From contig SMSO01000034.1 of the NCBI GenBank assembly GCA_004764695.1, forward strand, positions 2,976,001 to 3,040,000: DNA of 64,000 nucleotides. Reading direction: 5' to 3'. Below the pieces are notes generated by a model. It had not been told where the DNA came from and made no database searches. It saw only the letters and a program-made list of their open reading frames with translations. Within the stretch, counting starts at the first letter, position 1. Every line of letters begins with the position of its first letter. Of the stretch, positions 61,005-64,000 are shown piece after piece. This DNA comes from Schizochytrium sp. TIO01. Lineage: Eukaryota; Protista; Bigyra: Labyrinthulomycetes. The translations under genes and the position numbers were made by a program.

Positions 61005-62764
61005 GTGGTGCCACATTTGAGGATATCAGGTAAACTCAGGTTATAAATCAAACAAACACAAATGACACCAAAGGCTGCGTCATGCGTCTCCGATTGCTCA
61101 GTTCCGGGAGCGCAGTGCGTTGATTCCACTGCTTCAAGAAACGACGATGCGACTTGATTGAGTCCCCATCTCTTCTGCCTTGCTTTACATACCTCCATTT
61201 CCTCATGCATTACATGTCCCTTTCCTGCATTTCACATTCCCATTCGAGTTAGTTCATTTATTCGTTCATTCCCTCTTCTCCACTTATCCCCCCAACCTAA
61301 TTCCAAACCTTTTATTTAATTATTTTGTTTAGCATATAACAGCATTTCATTCCATTAAAAAACTAAAGCTGAGCTCTTAAGTTCTTTGCATCTTCGTGGA
61401 TACTAGCTAACCATCACATACCATTCACTACGATCAAGAAACCAACCTCACTTCAATTAACAGTTTCAATATTGACTAAACCTTTTTTCTTTTCCTTTTC
61501 CCCGCAACAAAACAAAACCAAAAAACGTTGTTTCTTCGAGCCGCATATATATATATATATATATGACGTCATTTCGTAACCGGTCTATTGTGAAATAGGC
61601 CACAAAGGGCCTTCGCTGTTTCTGCTTCTGCTTCGCCTCGAGAAGAGTGCACGCGAATCGTTACGCAGCGGCCTCCTTGGTGCGGGCTTCCAGAGCTCGG
61701 TCTTGAGAGGCCTGCTGCCATTTCCTGCCACCGAAGCAGGCAGCATTTGTGGCCTCGAAGCAGGCAGGCTCTGCGCAGCCCCTCAAAAAACAGTGGCCTG
61801 CGGCCGCATTACATTTATTTATTTCACTCGTTCGTTCGTTCGTTCATTCATTCATTCATTCGTTCATTCATCGATTGATCTCTTTATTTACTGACGAAAA
61901 GATTCCAAAAGAGTGTAAACTTTCTGTTTTCTTCTTCTTTGTTATTATTATTGTCTTATCATTATTTGTTTATATTTAATAGTAAAGTAAACAAAAGATG
62001 AATTGGGGTATTTCTATTTCCGCTTAGAAGTGAATAGCTGATCAAATCGAGAATGAATTGATCGATTGATTGAAACCAAAGCAAACCAAAGCAAACCAAA
62101 GCAAAGCAAACTGGCAAGCGATCGGTGACGACTCTCGAAACCACAACAATTCCATTCCATTCCACTCCACGTTCCACTTTCACGATTGACTTTTTTGCAA
62201 TAGAGCACAGAAATCAATTGACACGATTGCGTTGAATTGATTCGATAGAGCCAAAAACAAACATGCGAAGCTCTTTCCTCTTTGGTTTTATACATTTTCT
62301 TTGTACCTGGAACCACCCACCCAAGCACAGCTCGACGACTTCAATCCATGGGCAGAACCTTGGGACGCTCTCTCGCAGCCTCGTCGTCGAGAGCAGGCCT
62401 CCAGGCGGCCTCGGGCAGAAGATAGATGGTCGCGAGCTCTTCAGGAATTGTCAGATCGTCTTTGACGAAGATTTCGCGCACACGCATAAATTATGTAAAG
62501 CGCTGTTCCTTCTGTTCTTTAGGCTGTTCCAATTATTTAGTTTAGTTCATGGGTCCGTCTGAAAAATTGCAAAATCAGTCAGTCAGACTCCACGCAACGA
62601 CCAAAGGCAGCGTGCGAAGCTGCCTTCGAGGCAGCACAGCGACCGCAAGGATCCCTGGAACGTGGTGCAGGGCCTTCGGGTTGAGCGGCCTGAGGTCAGA
62701 AGGAGATGCGCCGGAAGGAGTTTGAAGAAGTTGCAAACGAACAAAAGCGCTCCCCTGAAATACC

Positions 62765-62906
62765 ATGTATAACAGACAATAAAATGTATAACAGACAATA
62801 AAATGTATAACAGACAATGAAATGTATAACAGACAATGAAATGTATAACAGACATTAAAATGTATAATAGACATTAAAATGTATAACAGACATTAAAATG
62901 TATAAT
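62765..62906. repeat. 19-bp minisatellite ATGTATAACAGACAATAAA, 7 copies plus a partial
   Basis: Head-to-tail units with ordered variants. Confidence 0.96.
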
Positions 62907-62953
62907 AGGCTAAATGAACAATGTTTGGGCACTGTATTTATTGGTTATTTCCA

Positions 62954-63090
62954 TTTGTTTGTTTGTTTGTTTGTTTGTTTGTTTGTTTGTTTGTTTGTTT
63001 GTTTGTTTGTTTGTTTGTTTGTTTGTTTGTTTGTTTGTTTGTTTGTTTGTTTGTTTGTTTGTTTGTTTGTTTGTTTGTTTGTTTGTTTGT
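62954..63090. repeat. (TTTG)n microsatellite, about 34 units
   Basis: Directly visible. Confidence 0.98.
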
Positions 63091-63514
63091 CTGAGATGAT
63101 CATAATAAAATGTGTCAATTTCATAAAATTAAAAAGTAAAATCCAAAAGTGCTCAGCCTGCAGAAAATGGCTGTCCCCGAGCCACCTCCGCTCTCGCTGA
63201 CCACCTCTGCGACACCCGCGGGATTAGGAAGCACGCCACAGCGCTCGGGATCGGGCCGGCCTCGAGGCACGTCCAGCGAGCGAGCGAGCTGCTTCGAACC
63301 GAAGGCGGCACAGGCAAGCAGGGCGAGAAGGAGCGGAGCGGAGCTGTGGCGCTGTTTGCATTCTTTCCTTCCCTGAATACCATTAGATTAGTCTCTTTCT
63401 CTTTCTTTCTTTCTTTTTTTTCTTTCTTTCTCTTTCTTATTTTTATTTGCTTTTTGTAGATTCATTCATTTCTATGATCTTCGAGTGATCTGCCAATTTT
63501 CATATCGAGATCGT

Positions 63515-64000
63515 TCACGCTTTGGCCTCCAAAGAGTGGCCAGCTTCCGAGTGCTCCGCTCCCCTTCCAGGTCCGCGCAGCTCCGAGCTGAAGAAGCCGC
63601 TGGAAATATGCCGCACGAGGTCTGACAGGAAAACATGGATGGCAGCATGCGCCAACTGCCTGTGCCAACTGTACAGAGGGAAACACGATCGAAGAGCATG
63701 GTAGATACTGAGCACCCTGACCCACGACGCTCGCTGCCCTCTTCGGAGATCTGGCCTGTCGGCCACTGAGGAGGGACACGGCCGGGGAAATGCCGTCGCT
63801 GGGATGTTCATTACTTTGAACCAGCTCGATAGAAAGTGCCGCTGGTTCTTGCTGCCTGTCAAACGATCGGCGATCGCCTCTGTCCCAGTCCAAGAGGTGA
63901 CTCATCTCCCCTCCCTTCTCAAGCTTTGGCGGGCAAAGGCCAAGGCCATCGTAGACAATATTCGCTTACAAATGATGTCAATATCCTCGTCTCCAGAAAA
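63515..64000 (-). pseudogene. Possible pseudogene or 3' part of a gene entering from the window edge
   Basis: A single frame from 64000 to 63515 (162 codons) interrupted only by TGA at 63904-63902; GC-rich; no homology recognised. Confidence 0.3.

Noticed and set aside
62765-62906. CRISPR or iteron interpretation of the 19-bp array
   Set aside because: Head-to-tail units without spacers; no cas or rep gene

Overview
Eukaryotic, intron-poor, gene-sparse window with mosaic GC content. Gene content, codon usage and dense tetranucleotide microsatellites suggest a stramenopile, most likely a thraustochytrid/labyrinthulomycete (inference). Seven long ORFs are credible, covering about 27% of the window: three co-oriented POT/PTR (SLC15/NPF) oligopeptide transporter paralogues, a divergent MOB1-family kinase activator, a giant FG-GAP + cysteine-rich-repeat multi-pass receptor-like protein, a fungal-type sphingolipid C9-methyltransferase-like enzyme, and a 1711-aa predicted N-acylated DUF1765-like protein. 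Between them are 5-12 kb stretches of AT-rich islands, micro/minisatellites and GC-rich, coding-like but stop-interrupted fragments. No rRNA, tRNA, CRISPR array or intact transposon was recognised, and I cannot show a complete new system. The best leads are: (1) a hidden ~100-aa cytoplasmic tail of the receptor in the +1 frame, joinable by a 58-nt GT-AG intron or a 1-bp indel; (2) a MOB1 that appears to have lost its zinc site; (3) a helically phased CGCTGCGGG motif array with G4 potential upstream of the receptor; (4) a possible family of decayed genes in the deserts.
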